Shown here: positions 26,925 through 39,198 of the stretch, one piece after another
Layout of the letters: the number at the start of each line of letters is the position of its first letter
How positions within the stretch are numbered: the first letter of the stretch is position 1
Assembly: GCA_963771355.1 (NCBI GenBank)
Contig: CAVYTA010000005.1
Span: 608,001-672,000, forward strand
Length of the DNA: 64,000 nucleotides
Origin: an uncultured Candidatus Rokubacteria bacterium
GTDB taxonomy: Bacteria; Methylomirabilota; Methylomirabilia; Rokubacteriales; CSP1-6
Direction: 5' to 3'
Translations under genes and position numbers: made by a program
Notes under the pieces: generated by a model
What the model saw: only the letters and a program-made list of their open reading frames with translations
What the model was told of the DNA's origin: nothing
The model's database searches: none

Positions 26925-28475
26925 GTGCGCTACGGCTTCGTGATCGACCAGCGGAAGTGCATCGGCTGTCACGCCTGCACGGTGGCCTGCAAGGAAGAGA
27001 ACCAGGTGCCGCTCGGCGTCAATCGCACGTGGGTGAAGTACATCGAGAAGGGGACTTTTCCCGACACGCGGCGCTACTTCTCGGTGCTGCGCTGCAACCA
27101 CTGCGACAACGCCCCCTGCGTGACCATCTGCCCCACGGTGGCGCTGTACCGCCGGCCCGACGGTATCGTGGACTTCGACGGCGACCGGTGCATCGGCTGC
27201 AAGTCGTGCCTGCAGGCGTGTCCCTACGACGCGCTCTACATCGACCCCGTCACGCAGACCGCGGCGAAGTGCCACTACTGCGCGCATCGGGTGGAGGTGG
27301 GACTGGAGCCGGCCTGCGTGATCGTCTGCCCCGTGCAGGCCATCGTCGCCGGCGACCTCGACGACGCCAACACGCCCATCGCGCGACTGGTCGCGGGCCA
27401 GCAGGTCCAGGTGCGGAAGCCGGAGCAGGGGACTCAGCCCAAGCTCTTCTACCTCGGGGCCGAGGCCTCCGCGCTGGTGCCGGAGATGCAGCGGCACGAC
27501 GGGCAGTACATGTTCGCGCAGGCGAGCACCATTCCGGTGCCGGGCCGGCCCAACCGGGCGTCGCCGCCCGTCGTCCCGCCGGCGGCGGCCGAGCCGGTGG
27601 ACCTGCTCCGCATGGCGCGCACCGTCTACGATGTCGCGCACGCCGAACGGCCGTGGGGCTGGAAGGTCTCGACCTATCTCTGGACCAAGTCGGTGGCGGC
27701 GGGGGCGCTGCTGGTGGCGGGCCTCGGCATGCTGGGCGGGCTCGCGTCCGGCAACATGCTCGCGGCCCGCGCCGCGCCCCTCATCGCCCTCGTCTTCCTT
27801 GCCTTGACCACCGCGCTGCTCGTCGCCGACCTCAAGCGGCCGGAGCGCTTTCTCTTCATCCTCGTGAAGCCCAACTGGCGCTCGTGGCTGGTGTGGGGCG
27901 GCTGGATCCTGATGGCCTACGGCGGGGTCGCCACCCTCTGGCTCCTCGCCGGGCTGGCCGGCCGCCCGGGGGCGCTCATCTGGCTCGCGGTGCCCGTCAT
28001 CCTCCTCGCCGGCGCCGCCGCGGGGTACAGCGCCTTCCTCTTCGGGCAGGCGGAGGGCCGTGACTTCTGGCAGAGCCCGCTGCTGCTCCCGCATCTCCTC
28101 GTGGCGGCCCTGGCCGCCGGCAGCGCGGCGCTGCTCCTCGTCGCGCGGGCCACCGGGGGCGGACTCGGCGCGCCCTGGGGGCTTCGCCTGGTGCTGTTCG
28201 GCTCCCTGCTCGCCACCGCGGTGATCCTTCTCGCCGAGCTGTTCGGCTCGCATCCCACGCGCGACGCCGGCCGCGCCGCCTGGCATCTCGCCCGCGGCCC
28301 GCTCGCCACCGCGCTCTGGGGCGGCGTGGGAGGAATGGGCCTCGCGCTGCCCGTCGCGCTCCTCGCCACCTCCTCGCCGGTGGCGTGGACGGTGGCCGCC
28401 GTCCTCGCCCTGATCGGCCTGTGGATCTACGAGGACCTCTGGGTCCGCGCGGGCCAGTCGATCCCGCTGAGCTGA
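26925..28475 (+). CDS. 4x[4Fe-4S] electron-transfer subunit fused to an NrfD/PsrC-type membrane anchor
   Basis: CIGCHAC..ACK, CNHCDNAPC..ICP, CIGCKSC..ACP and KCHYC..PAC..CP, followed by PWGW.., DLKRPERF..SWL and multiple TMs. GTG 26925 has a GGAG RBS. Confidence 0.9.
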   Translation: MRYGFVIDQRKCIGCHACTVACKEENQVPLGVNRTWVKYIEKGTFPDTRRYFSVLRCNHCDNAPCVTICPTVALYRRPDGIVDFDGDRCIGCKSCLQACPYDALYIDPVTQTAAKCHYCAHRVEVGLEPACVIVCPVQAIVAGDLDDANTPIARLVAGQQVQVRKPEQGTQPKLFYLGAEASALVPEMQRHDGQYMFAQASTIPVPGRPNRASPPVVPPAAAEPVDLLRMARTVYDVAHAERPWGWKVSTYLWTKSVAAGALLVAGLGMLGGLASGNMLAARAAPLIALVFLALTTALLVADLKRPERFLFILVKPNWRSWLVWGGWILMAYGGVATLWLLAGLAGRPGALIWLAVPVILLAGAAAGYSAFLFGQAEGRDFWQSPLLLPHLLVAALAAGSAALLLVARATGGGLGAPWGLRLVLFGSLLATAVILLAELFGSHPTRDAGRAAWHLARGPLATALWGGVGGMGLALPVALLATSSPVAWTVAAVLALIGLWIYEDLWVRAGQSIPLS

Positions 28476-28483
28476 GGGAGACC

Positions 28484-31312
28484 ATGACCGATCGCGTGAC
28501 CGAACCGCTGCATCCGGTGGCGCGGGATCTGCAGGCGCCCGCGGAGGGCCTGCACCGTTTCCCGCCCGCCGCGCTCTGGGACAACTGGGAGGAGTTCGAC
28601 TCCCGTGCCTGGCCCCGCAAGGTGAAGCGCCAGTACTCGCTCATTCCCACCATCTGCTTCAACTGCGAGGCGGCCTGCGGGCTCCTCGCCTATGTGGACA
28701 AGCAGACCCTGAAGATCCAGAAGTTCGAGGGCAATCCCGCGCATCCGGGCAGTCGCGGCCGCAACTGCGCCAAGGGTCCCGCCACGCTCAACCAGATCAC
28801 CGATCCCGAGCGCATCCTCTACCCGCTCCGGCGGGTGGGCGCGCGCGGCTCGGGGGAGTGGGAGCGCGTGACGTGGGATCAGGCGCTCGACGACATCGCG
28901 GAGCGCATCCGCCGGGCCCTGGTGGAGAAGCGCCCCACCGAGGTGATGTATCACCTGGGGCGGCCGGGCCACGAGCTGATCTACCTCCAGCGCGTCTTCC
29001 ACGCGTGGGGCATCGACGGCCACAACAGCCACACCAATGTCTGCTCGGCGTCCGCGCGGGCAGGCTACGCCTTCTGGCACGGGCTCGACCGGCCCTCGCC
29101 CGATCACGCCAACGCGCGTGTGATCCTGCTCCTCTCCTCCCACCTCGAGGCCGGCCACTACTTCAACCCCCACGCGCAGCGCATCGTGGAGGGGAAGATG
29201 GCGGGGGCCAAGGTCTGCGTGATCGACACGCGGCTCTCCAACACCGCCTCGATGTCGGACTGGTGGCTGTCGCCCTGGCCGGGCACGGAGGCCGCGCTGC
29301 TGCTGGCCATGTGCCACGTGCTCCTGCGCGAGGGAACGTGGGACCGCGACTTCGTGCGGCGCTGGGTGAACTGGGAGGAGTATCTCCGCGAGGAGCGCCC
29401 GGCGTCGCCGGTCACCTTCGAGGCGTTCGAGACCGCGCTCAAGGCGCTCTACGCCGACTACACGCCGGAGTTCGCCGAGCGCGAATCGGGGGTGCCGGCC
29501 GCGCGCATCGAGGAGATCGCCCGCGAGGTCGGCCGCGCGGGGGGCGCGGTGTCCACCCACGTCTGGCGCAACGCCGCCGCGGGCAATCTCTGGGGCTGGG
29601 AGGTCGCGCGCGCGCTGGAGCTCCTCGTCGTGCTCGCGGGGGCGGTGGCCACCCCCGGCGGCACCGCGCCTTCGGGCTTCCACAAGGCGGTGCCGGCGCC
29701 GCCGATGATGCCGCCGCCCGGGAAAGTCTGGAGCGAGCTGCTCATGCCGCGCGAGTACCCGCTCGCCTTCTTCGAGATGAGCTTCCTGCTCCCGCACTTC
29801 CTCCGCGAGAAGCGGGGCAAGCTGGCGATGTACTTCACGCGCGTCTACAACCCGGTGTGGACGAATCCCGATGGGATGTCCTGGGTAGAGATGCTCTCGA
29901 ACGAGGCCACCGTGGAGCGGCACGCCTGCCTCACCCCCATCTGGAGCGAGACCGCGCACTTCGCCGACTACGTGCTCCCCATGGGGCATGCGTCCGAGCG
30001 CCACGATCTCATGAGCCAGGAGACGCACGCCGCGCGCTGGATCGGCTTCCGCCAGCCGGTGCTGCGGGTGGCGCTCGAGAAGCAGGGGCAGCGCTTCGAC
30101 TGGACGTGGCAGGCGCACGAGGCGGCCGGGCTCGGGCAGGTGTGGGAGGAGGACGAGTTCTGGATCGAGCTGTCCTGGCGCATCGATCCCGACGGGGCGC
30201 TCGGCATCCGCAAGTACTTCGAGTCGCCCTACCGGCCCGGCGAGAAGCTGCGCATCGAGGAGTTCTACCGCTGGATCTTCGAGTCGAGCGTGCCCGGGCT
30301 GCCGGCGGCGGCGCAGAAGGAGGGGCTGACGCCGCTGGCCTACATGCGCAAGTACGGGGCCTTCCTGGTGGAGGAGGGCGTGTACGCCACCCACGAAAAG
30401 GCGCCGTCGGCCGCGGAGCGCGAGGGCGCCCAGGTCGATCCCGTCACCCGGGTGGTCACCAAGGGCGGCGGCGCGGTGGGGGTGGAGATCGACGGCCGCG
30501 CCGCCGTCGGCTTTCCCACGCCGTCGCGCAAGCTCGAGTTCTACTCGAAGACCCTGAAGGACTGGAAGTGGCCCGAGCACGCGGTGCCGACCTATGCTCG
30601 CAGCCACGTGCACTGGTCCGAGATCGACCGCGCGCGGGGGGAGATGCTGCTGCTGCCGACGTTTCGCCTCCCGAACTTGATTCACTCGCGCTCCGGTAAC
30701 TCGAAGTGGCTGTACGAGATCTCGCACACGAACCCGCTGTGGCTGCATCCCGAGGACGCCGGCCGGCTGGGGGTCACCACCGGCGACCTGCTGAAGATCG
30801 AGACCGAGATCGGCTACTTCGTGGATCGCGTGTGGATGACGGAGGCGATCCGTCCCGGCGTCCTCGCCTGCTCGCATCATCTCGGGCGCTGGCGCCTCCA
30901 GGAGTCGACGGGCGGCGAGCGCTGGTCGACCGCGCTGGTGGACCTGCGCGCGGACACCCCGGGGAAGTGGCGGATGCGGCACCTTCACGGGGTGCGCCCA
31001 TTTGACAGCACGGACGGGGACTCGCAGCGCGTGTGGTGGGAGGACGCGGGTGTGCACCAGAACCTGACCTTCCCCGTGCATCCCGACCCGGTGAGCGGCC
31101 AGCACTGCTGGCACCAGAAGGTTCGCGCCGTCCGCCCCACCGCCGACGAGCGCTACGGCGACGTGTTCGTCGACACCGACCGGGCCCACGAGGTGTACCG
31201 GCGCTGGCTGGCGCTGACCCGGCCGGCTCCGGGCCCGGGGGGGCTACGGCGGCCGCTCTGGCTGCCACGCGCCTTCAAGCCCGACCCCTCCGCGTACCGG
31301 CTGGGCGGTTGA
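28484..31312 (+). CDS. DMSO-reductase-family molybdopterin oxidoreductase catalytic subunit, no Tat signal
   Basis: CFNCEAACG..CAKG [4Fe-4S] motif, RILYPL, HTNVCS (candidate Cys Mo ligand), SETAHFADYVLP and LWLHPEDA. Confidence 0.9.
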   Translation: MTDRVTEPLHPVARDLQAPAEGLHRFPPAALWDNWEEFDSRAWPRKVKRQYSLIPTICFNCEAACGLLAYVDKQTLKIQKFEGNPAHPGSRGRNCAKGPATLNQITDPERILYPLRRVGARGSGEWERVTWDQALDDIAERIRRALVEKRPTEVMYHLGRPGHELIYLQRVFHAWGIDGHNSHTNVCSASARAGYAFWHGLDRPSPDHANARVILLLSSHLEAGHYFNPHAQRIVEGKMAGAKVCVIDTRLSNTASMSDWWLSPWPGTEAALLLAMCHVLLREGTWDRDFVRRWVNWEEYLREERPASPVTFEAFETALKALYADYTPEFAERESGVPAARIEEIAREVGRAGGAVSTHVWRNAAAGNLWGWEVARALELLVVLAGAVATPGGTAPSGFHKAVPAPPMMPPPGKVWSELLMPREYPLAFFEMSFLLPHFLREKRGKLAMYFTRVYNPVWTNPDGMSWVEMLSNEATVERHACLTPIWSETAHFADYVLPMGHASERHDLMSQETHAARWIGFRQPVLRVALEKQGQRFDWTWQAHEAAGLGQVWEEDEFWIELSWRIDPDGALGIRKYFESPYRPGEKLRIEEFYRWIFESSVPGLPAAAQKEGLTPLAYMRKYGAFLVEEGVYATHEKAPSAAEREGAQVDPVTRVVTKGGGAVGVEIDGRAAVGFPTPSRKLEFYSKTLKDWKWPEHAVPTYARSHVHWSEIDRARGEMLLLPTFRLPNLIHSRSGNSKWLYEISHTNPLWLHPEDAGRLGVTTGDLLKIETEIGYFVDRVWMTEAIRPGVLACSHHLGRWRLQESTGGERWSTALVDLRADTPGKWRMRHLHGVRPFDSTDGDSQRVWWEDAGVHQNLTFPVHPDPVSGQHCWHQKVRAVRPTADERYGDVFVDTDRAHEVYRRWLALTRPAPGPGGLRRPLWLPRAFKPDPSAYRLGG

Positions 31313-31346
31313 CCGATTCCGGGACAGTGCCGTAGGGTGGGCGGAC

Positions 31347-32231
31347 ATGAATCTGGTCAGCCACGTCTACGCCGACGGCGACATCATGCAGGCGTGGCTC
31401 GATCACTATGTCAGGCTCGGGATCACCCGCTTCGACCTCGTGCTCCATGGCCCCGAGGCCGACAATGCCACCCTGCTGGGGCTGCGGGACCGCTACCCCA
31501 TCGTGATCCACGAGATGTACGGCGGGCCGTTCATCAACGCGGAGAAGAAGCGGCGGCTCGACCGCGTGCTGGCCGGGCTCCGGAACCAGTGGGTACTGCT
31601 GGTGGACAGCGACGAGTTCCTGGAGCTTCCCGCGCCCTCCCTGGGTGAGACGATCCGTCTCCTCGAGCGTACCGGCACGGACGCGCTCGCCGCGCCGATG
31701 CTCCAGCGGATCCGCGCCGACGGCTCGCTCGACAGCCCCGACGTCGTCCCGGATCCCTTCCGCGAGTTTCCTCTCTGCTCCTGGAACCTCTACGCGCTCA
31801 TGTCGGTGAAGGCGCCGGTGTCGAAGTTTCCCCTCTTCTACTGTCGGTCCGGCACCGAGATGACCGAGTCGGGAAACCACTACCCTCCGGTGGGATGCGT
31901 GGCCACGCCGGAGATCCTGCAGGGCGTGAGCCATCACTTCAAGTGGCGGAGCGTGGTGCTCGATCGCCTGCGGCGGCGCGCGGAGAGCCCCACGCGCACG
32001 GTGGACCATTCGGGCGGATTCCTCGACTATCTCGAGCACCACGGCCGGCGGCTGCCCGTGCAGGATGCCTTCCCCGGCACCCGCGACGAGCTGGTGCGCC
32101 GCCGTCTCCTGCGGCGCCCGAGCCCGGCGCAGGTGGTGGCGCAGCGCCTTCGCCGGGCGACGCGCTCCCTGCCGCCCGGCTTCCAGGATGTGCTCGGGCG
32201 CGTGTACCGGACGCTGCGGCGGCGGCGCTAG
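31347..32231 (+). CDS. glycosyltransferase family 2-like protein
   Basis: WLDHY..LGI, WVLLVDSDEF (DxD), GNH and HHFKW motifs. Confidence 0.75.
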   Translation: MNLVSHVYADGDIMQAWLDHYVRLGITRFDLVLHGPEADNATLLGLRDRYPIVIHEMYGGPFINAEKKRRLDRVLAGLRNQWVLLVDSDEFLELPAPSLGETIRLLERTGTDALAAPMLQRIRADGSLDSPDVVPDPFREFPLCSWNLYALMSVKAPVSKFPLFYCRSGTEMTESGNHYPPVGCVATPEILQGVSHHFKWRSVVLDRLRRRAESPTRTVDHSGGFLDYLEHHGRRLPVQDAFPGTRDELVRRRLLRRPSPAQVVAQRLRRATRSLPPGFQDVLGRVYRTLRRRR

Positions 32232-33079
32232 TCGACGCCGAAGTCGAACATGCGGCCGCCGGCGCTGGTGCCGCTGAGCACGATGAACCCGTACTCACCC
32301 GCCGGGAGCGCGGCGGCGGGGGTGATCCGGTAGAACCCGTTCGCCTCGCGCTCGCTCTTCACCGCGATGCGGTCCTCGCTCCGAACGCCCTGGCGTGAGC
32401 TCCCCCCGAACGGGTGATAGCCCCCGCTGCCCATCTTGAGGTTGCGGTCGTTCTTCTTGTCGCCGGGCTTGAGCTTCACCAGGAGCGCCTCGGTGGGCGC
32501 GTAGTAGCTGTAGAACTGCGGCTGCTTTTCGGTGATGCGGTACTCCGCCTTGTGTCCGCCGAGCACGACCTCGCTCTTCTGCGAGAAGAAGGCCATGTTC
32601 ATCTCGATCTCGATGACCTGGGGCTGGAGCTCGGTGTACTTGGCGCCGTTCAGGTGATAGATCGAGTCGCGGGGCAGGGTCGCCGCCGCGCCGCCGGCGC
32701 TGGTCCTCGCCCCCGTCGACACGGACGGCGCCGGCGCGGATCCGGACGATGGGGCCGCCGGGGCCGGCGCGGGCGCGGGTGCGGCCGCCGCGGCGGCTCC
32801 GCTTCGCGGCGCGCTCACCATGGCCTCGATCACCTTGTCGGAGACGCCCGCCTTCTTGAGTGCCAGCAGGGAGTTGGTGCTGGTGTCGAAGTTGGCGGGG
32901 CTGGAGCGAATGCGCGCGAGGACCACCGCCTCGCCGAGCCCGCCCTTGACCATGGAGATCACCGAGTCGTTGGTGAGAACCTCCTGCGCCACCGCGGGCG
33001 GCACCCCTCCTCCCACCATGAATCCCGCCAGCACGAGCACGGCGCCGAGCGTCCGCCAGAAGATGATCGAAGTGCGCAT
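32228..33079 (-). CDS. secreted hypothetical protein (helical N-domain, Ala/Pro linker, beta-rich C-domain)
   Basis: AGGAGG RBS, signal peptide ending AVA-Q, LTNDSVISMVKGGL..FDTS..LKKAGVS domain, C-terminal GEYGF..FDFGVD. Confidence 0.8.
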   Translation of the reverse strand: MRTSIIFWRTLGAVLVLAGFMVGGGVPPAVAQEVLTNDSVISMVKGGLGEAVVLARIRSSPANFDTSTNSLLALKKAGVSDKVIEAMVSAPRSGAAAAAAPAPAPAPAAPSSGSAPAPSVSTGARTSAGGAAATLPRDSIYHLNGAKYTELQPQVIEIEMNMAFFSQKSEVVLGGHKAEYRITEKQPQFYSYYAPTEALLVKLKPGDKKNDRNLKMGSGGYHPFGGSSRQGVRSEDRIAVKSEREANGFYRITPAAALPAGEYGFIVLSGTSAGGRMFDFGVD

Positions 33080-33152
33080 CGTGTTCCTCCTGCGGACAGA
33101 AAACACCGGGGGGGCAGAAGTTGTCAAGCCGCCGGCTTCCGGGCGGCCGCTG

Positions 33153-33182
33153 TTGACCTCCCCCCGGACGCCATGTTAGCGT
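33153..33182 (+). promoter_or_regulatory. putative sigma70 promoter of the TCA operon
   Basis: TTGACC-18nt-TAGCGT with a TG extension. Confidence 0.5.
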
Positions 33183-33305
33183 AACGCCTGGATTTCGACC
33201 CGTCGCCTCCCCTCCGAACGGGCGGGAGGCGATACGTCTGTGTAGGCCTGGAAGCGTAGGGGTTCCGCGGGGTTCGGGGCAGCGGCGGCGGCGAGGAGGC
33301 CCACC

Positions 33306-35552
33306 ATGGCAGCAGACCAGATCAAGCGGCTCTACGAATCCATGCCCGCCCGCCTCGAGCGGGCGCGCGGGCGCTTCGGCCGCGCGCTCACGCTGGCCGA
33401 GAAGATCCTCGTGTCCCACGCCGACGACTTCGACAAGCAGGAGTGGAGTCGCGGCAAGGCGCAGCTCCGGTTGCGGGTCGATCGCGTGGCGCTGCAGGAC
33501 GCCACCGGCCAGATGGCGCTGCTCCAGTTCATGCAGGCGGGGAAGAAGCAGGTGGCGGTGCCGAGCACGGTGCACTGCGACCACCTCATCCGCGCGCAGA
33601 GCGGGGCCCGCGAGGACATGGAGCGCGCGATCTCGGAGAACCGCGAGGTCTACAATTTCCTCCACTCCGCCTCGAAGAAGTACGGGATCGGCTTCTGGAA
33701 GCCGGGGGCCGGCATCATCCACCAGGTGGTGCTGGAGAACTACGCGTTCCCGGGCGGCCTCATGATCGGCGCCGACTCCCACACGCCGAATGCGGGCGGG
33801 CTGGGCATGGCGGCCATCGGGGTGGGCGGCGCCGACTGCGGCGAGGCCATGGCGGGGCTGGCGTGGGAGGTGCTCGATCCCAAGCTGATCGGCATCCGCC
33901 TCACCGGCAAGCTGTCGGGCTGGAGCTCGGCCAAGGACATCATCACCTACCTCTGCGGTCTCCTCACCGTGAAGGGCGGCACCAACAAGATCATCGAGTA
34001 CTTCGGCCCCGGCGCGGAGACCATCAGCGCCACCGGCAAGGGCACCATCTGCAACATGGGCGCGGAGCTGGGGGCCACCACCTCGCTGTTCCACTTCGAC
34101 GACCACATGGCCGCCTATCTCCGCGCGACTGATCGCGGTGATCAAGCCGCGCTCGCCGAGGCCCACCGCATGCATCTGGTGGGGGACCCGGAGGTCCTCG
34201 CGGACCCGAAGAAATACTTCGACGAGGTGGTGGAGATCAACCTGTCCGAGCTGGAGCCGCACATCGTGGGCCCGCACTCGCCCGACCGCGCGCGGCCGGT
34301 GAGCCGCCTGGCCGCCGAGGTGAAGAAGGAGGGCTGGCCCACCGCCATCAAGGCCTCGCTCATCGGCTCGTGCACGAACTCCTCCTACGAGGACATGCGC
34401 CGCGCGGCCCACATCGCCACCCAGGCGCTCAAGGCCGGGCTCAAGGCCAAGACCCCCTTCCTGGTCACCCCGGGCTCCGAGCGCATCTACCAGACCATCA
34501 AGCGCGACGGCATCATGAGCACCTTCGAGCAGATCGGCGGCACCGTGCTCGCCAACGCGTGCGGGCCCTGCATCGGACAGTGGAAGCGCTCGGACGTCGG
34601 GACGAACGAGGTGAACACCATCGTCTCCTCGTTCAACCGCAACTTCCCCGGCCGCAACGACGGCAGCGCGGCCACGATGTCATTCCTCACCAGCCCCGAG
34701 ATCGTGACCGCCCTGGCCTTCGCCGGGACGCTGGAGTTCGATCCGGTCAACGGAACCATCCCGGGGCCGGACGGCCGCCCCTTCCGCTTCACCGCGCCGG
34801 AGGGCGAGGAGCTGCCCACGCGCGGGTTCGCCAAGGGCGAGGAAGGCTTCGAGGCTCCCGCCGCCGACGGCGACCGCATCGAGGTCCAGATCCCGCCGGA
34901 CAGCGAGCGGCTCCAGCTCCTCCAGCCCTTCCCGCGATGGGACGGCCGGGACTTCACCGCGCTGCCCATCCTGGTCAAGACCAAGGGCAAGACCACCACC
35001 GACCATATCTCGCCCGCGGGGACCTGGCTCCGGTACCGCGGACATCTCGACAAGATCAGCGACAACATGTTCCTGGGCGCGGTGAACGCCTTCACCGGCG
35101 AGGCGGGCAAGGGTATCAACCCCATCACCGGCGAGACCGGCAAGACCTTCACCCAGGTCGCGCGCGACCTCAAGGCGCGGGGGATCTCCTGGATCGTCAT
35201 CGGTGACGAAAACTACGGCGAGGGCTCGAGCCGCGAGCACGCCGCCATGTCCCCGCGCTATCTGGGGGCCAAGGTCGTCATCGTCAAGAGCTTCGCGCGC
35301 ATCCACGAGACCAACCTCAAGAAGCAGGGCATCCTGCCCCTGACCTTCGCGGACCCCAAGGACTACGACCAGTTCGAGCGGTCGGACCGCGTGAGCGTCA
35401 CCGGGCTCGCCCTTCTCGCTCCCGGAAAGCCGGTCGAGGTCACCATCCAGAAGGCGGACGGCCAGACCGTCACCATCAAGTGCCTGCACACCCTGACCGA
35501 GGAGCAGATCGGCTGGTTCAAGGCAGGCTCCGCGCTCAATGCCCTCAAATAA
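33306..35552 (+). CDS. acn: aconitate hydratase (mitochondrial-type, ~750 aa)
   Basis: QDATGQMA, VHCDH, DSHT, IGSCTNSS, NACGPCIGQW, TTDHISPAG and NYGEGSSREHAA motifs. Confidence 0.96.
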   Translation: MAADQIKRLYESMPARLERARGRFGRALTLAEKILVSHADDFDKQEWSRGKAQLRLRVDRVALQDATGQMALLQFMQAGKKQVAVPSTVHCDHLIRAQSGAREDMERAISENREVYNFLHSASKKYGIGFWKPGAGIIHQVVLENYAFPGGLMIGADSHTPNAGGLGMAAIGVGGADCGEAMAGLAWEVLDPKLIGIRLTGKLSGWSSAKDIITYLCGLLTVKGGTNKIIEYFGPGAETISATGKGTICNMGAELGATTSLFHFDDHMAAYLRATDRGDQAALAEAHRMHLVGDPEVLADPKKYFDEVVEINLSELEPHIVGPHSPDRARPVSRLAAEVKKEGWPTAIKASLIGSCTNSSYEDMRRAAHIATQALKAGLKAKTPFLVTPGSERIYQTIKRDGIMSTFEQIGGTVLANACGPCIGQWKRSDVGTNEVNTIVSSFNRNFPGRNDGSAATMSFLTSPEIVTALAFAGTLEFDPVNGTIPGPDGRPFRFTAPEGEELPTRGFAKGEEGFEAPAADGDRIEVQIPPDSERLQLLQPFPRWDGRDFTALPILVKTKGKTTTDHISPAGTWLRYRGHLDKISDNMFLGAVNAFTGEAGKGINPITGETGKTFTQVARDLKARGISWIVIGDENYGEGSSREHAAMSPRYLGAKVVIVKSFARIHETNLKKQGILPLTFADPKDYDQFERSDRVSVTGLALLAPGKPVEVTIQKADGQTVTIKCLHTLTEEQIGWFKAGSALNALK

Positions 35553-35567
35553 TTCTCAGGAGGCCTC

Positions 35568-37762
<2,195 letters not shown>

Positions 37763-37780
37763 GAGCCCGCCGCCTCTTCC

Positions 37781-38623
37781 ATGCGTACCCTCCACGTCTC
37801 GGCGATCACCGACGCGGTGAAGAAGCTCTGCATGGACGCCAACTACGAGCTCGAGCCCGACATGCTCCGGGCCTTCGACCGCGCGCTGGGTACGGAGCGC
37901 TCTCCCGCCGGGCGGCAGGTGCTCCAGATCCTGAAGGACAACGCCGCCCTCGCCCGCGACCAGCGCATTCCCTACTGTCAGGACACGGGCTTCGTGGTGT
38001 GCTTCGTGGAGGTGGGGCAGGACGTCCACGTGACCGGCGGGCTCCTCACCGACGCCATCAACGCGGGCATCCGTGCCGGCTACACCGAGGGCTACCTGCG
38101 CGCCTCGATCGTCCGCTCCCCCTTCGACCGCGTCAATACCGGCGACAACACGCCGGGCATCATCCACGTCTCGCTGGTGCCGGGGGCGACGGTGCGGGTC
38201 CAGATCATGGCCAAGGGCGGCGGCTGCGAGAACCGGTCCAAGTACAAGATGCTCACGCCCGCGGAGGGCGTGGACGGCGTGAAGGCCTGGGTGCTCGAGT
38301 GCATCAGGACCGCGGGGCCGGATGCCTGCCCGCCGCTCATCGCCGGGGTGGGGGTGGGCGGCACCTTCGAGCAAGCGGCCATCCTCTCGAAGAAGGCGCT
38401 GTTCCGCGAGCTGGGCTCGCCCAATCCCGACTCCACCCTGGACGCGCTGGAGCGCGAGCTACTCGAGCGGGCCAACCGCCTGGGCATCGGCCCGCAGGGG
38501 TATGGCGGTGACACCACCGCCCTCGGCATCCACCTGCTGACCTATCCCTGCCACATCACCAGCCTGCCCGTCGCGGTGACCATCGAGTGCCACGCGCACC
38601 GGCACAAGGAAGCGGTGCTGTGA
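37781..38623 (+). CDS. Fe-S fumarate hydratase (TtdA-like) alpha subunit
   Basis: CQDTG, NTGDNTP, KGGGCEN, ACPP and CHA motifs; located within the TCA operon. Confidence 0.9.
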   Translation: MRTLHVSAITDAVKKLCMDANYELEPDMLRAFDRALGTERSPAGRQVLQILKDNAALARDQRIPYCQDTGFVVCFVEVGQDVHVTGGLLTDAINAGIRAGYTEGYLRASIVRSPFDRVNTGDNTPGIIHVSLVPGATVRVQIMAKGGGCENRSKYKMLTPAEGVDGVKAWVLECIRTAGPDACPPLIAGVGVGGTFEQAAILSKKALFRELGSPNPDSTLDALERELLERANRLGIGPQGYGGDTTALGIHLLTYPCHITSLPVAVTIECHAHRHKEAVL

Positions 38624-39198
38624 TCCGCACCGCCCCGGACGGGATCAAGGAGGTCAGCCCGCCGCTCAGCGACGGGGACGTGGAGGCGCTCGCCGCCGGC
38701 GACCGCGTCCGCATCACGGGGGCGCTCTACACTGCGCGCGACGCCGCCCACGCCCGCCTCCAGCCTCTGGTGGACGCGGGCCGGCCGCTGCCCATCGACG
38801 TGCGCGGCCAGATCATCTACTACACCGGGCCCTCGCCCGCGCGGCCGGGCCAGGTGGTCGGCTCGGTGGGGCCCACCACCGGCGGCCGCATGGACCCGTA
38901 CACCCCGAGCCTGCTCGCGCTGGGGCTCAAGGGCACCATCGGCAAGGGCGCGCGGTCGCAGCCGGTGAAGGATGCCCTCGCCCGGCACAAGGCGGTGTAC
39001 TTCGGCGCCATCGGCGGAGCGGGCGCGGTGCTGTCGGGATTCGTCAAGAAGCTGGAGGTGGTGGCTTACGAGGACCTCGGCACCGAGGCCATCCGGCGCC
39101 TCGAGGTGGAGGGCTTCCCCGCCATCGTGATCAACGACTGCCGCGGCGGGGACCTGTACCAGGACGGCGTGAAGCAGTATTCCCGGGAGCAATCATGA
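38620..39198 (+). CDS. Fe-S fumarate hydratase (TtdB-like) beta subunit
   Basis: TARDAAH, GPTTGGRM, IGKG and EDLGTEAI motifs. GTGA overlap with the alpha stop. Confidence 0.9.
   Translation: MIRTAPDGIKEVSPPLSDGDVEALAAGDRVRITGALYTARDAAHARLQPLVDAGRPLPIDVRGQIIYYTGPSPARPGQVVGSVGPTTGGRMDPYTPSLLALGLKGTIGKGARSQPVKDALARHKAVYFGAIGGAGAVLSGFVKKLEVVAYEDLGTEAIRRLEVEGFPAIVINDCRGGDLYQDGVKQYSREQS

Noticed and set aside
33203..33232. Riboswitch or terminator in the aconitase leader (9-bp hairpin)
   Set aside because: No U-tract and no recognisable riboswitch consensus; short GC hairpins are expected by chance at this composition.
37781..39198. L-tartrate dehydratase
   Set aside because: Same family, but its position between mdh and sdh indicates fumarase.
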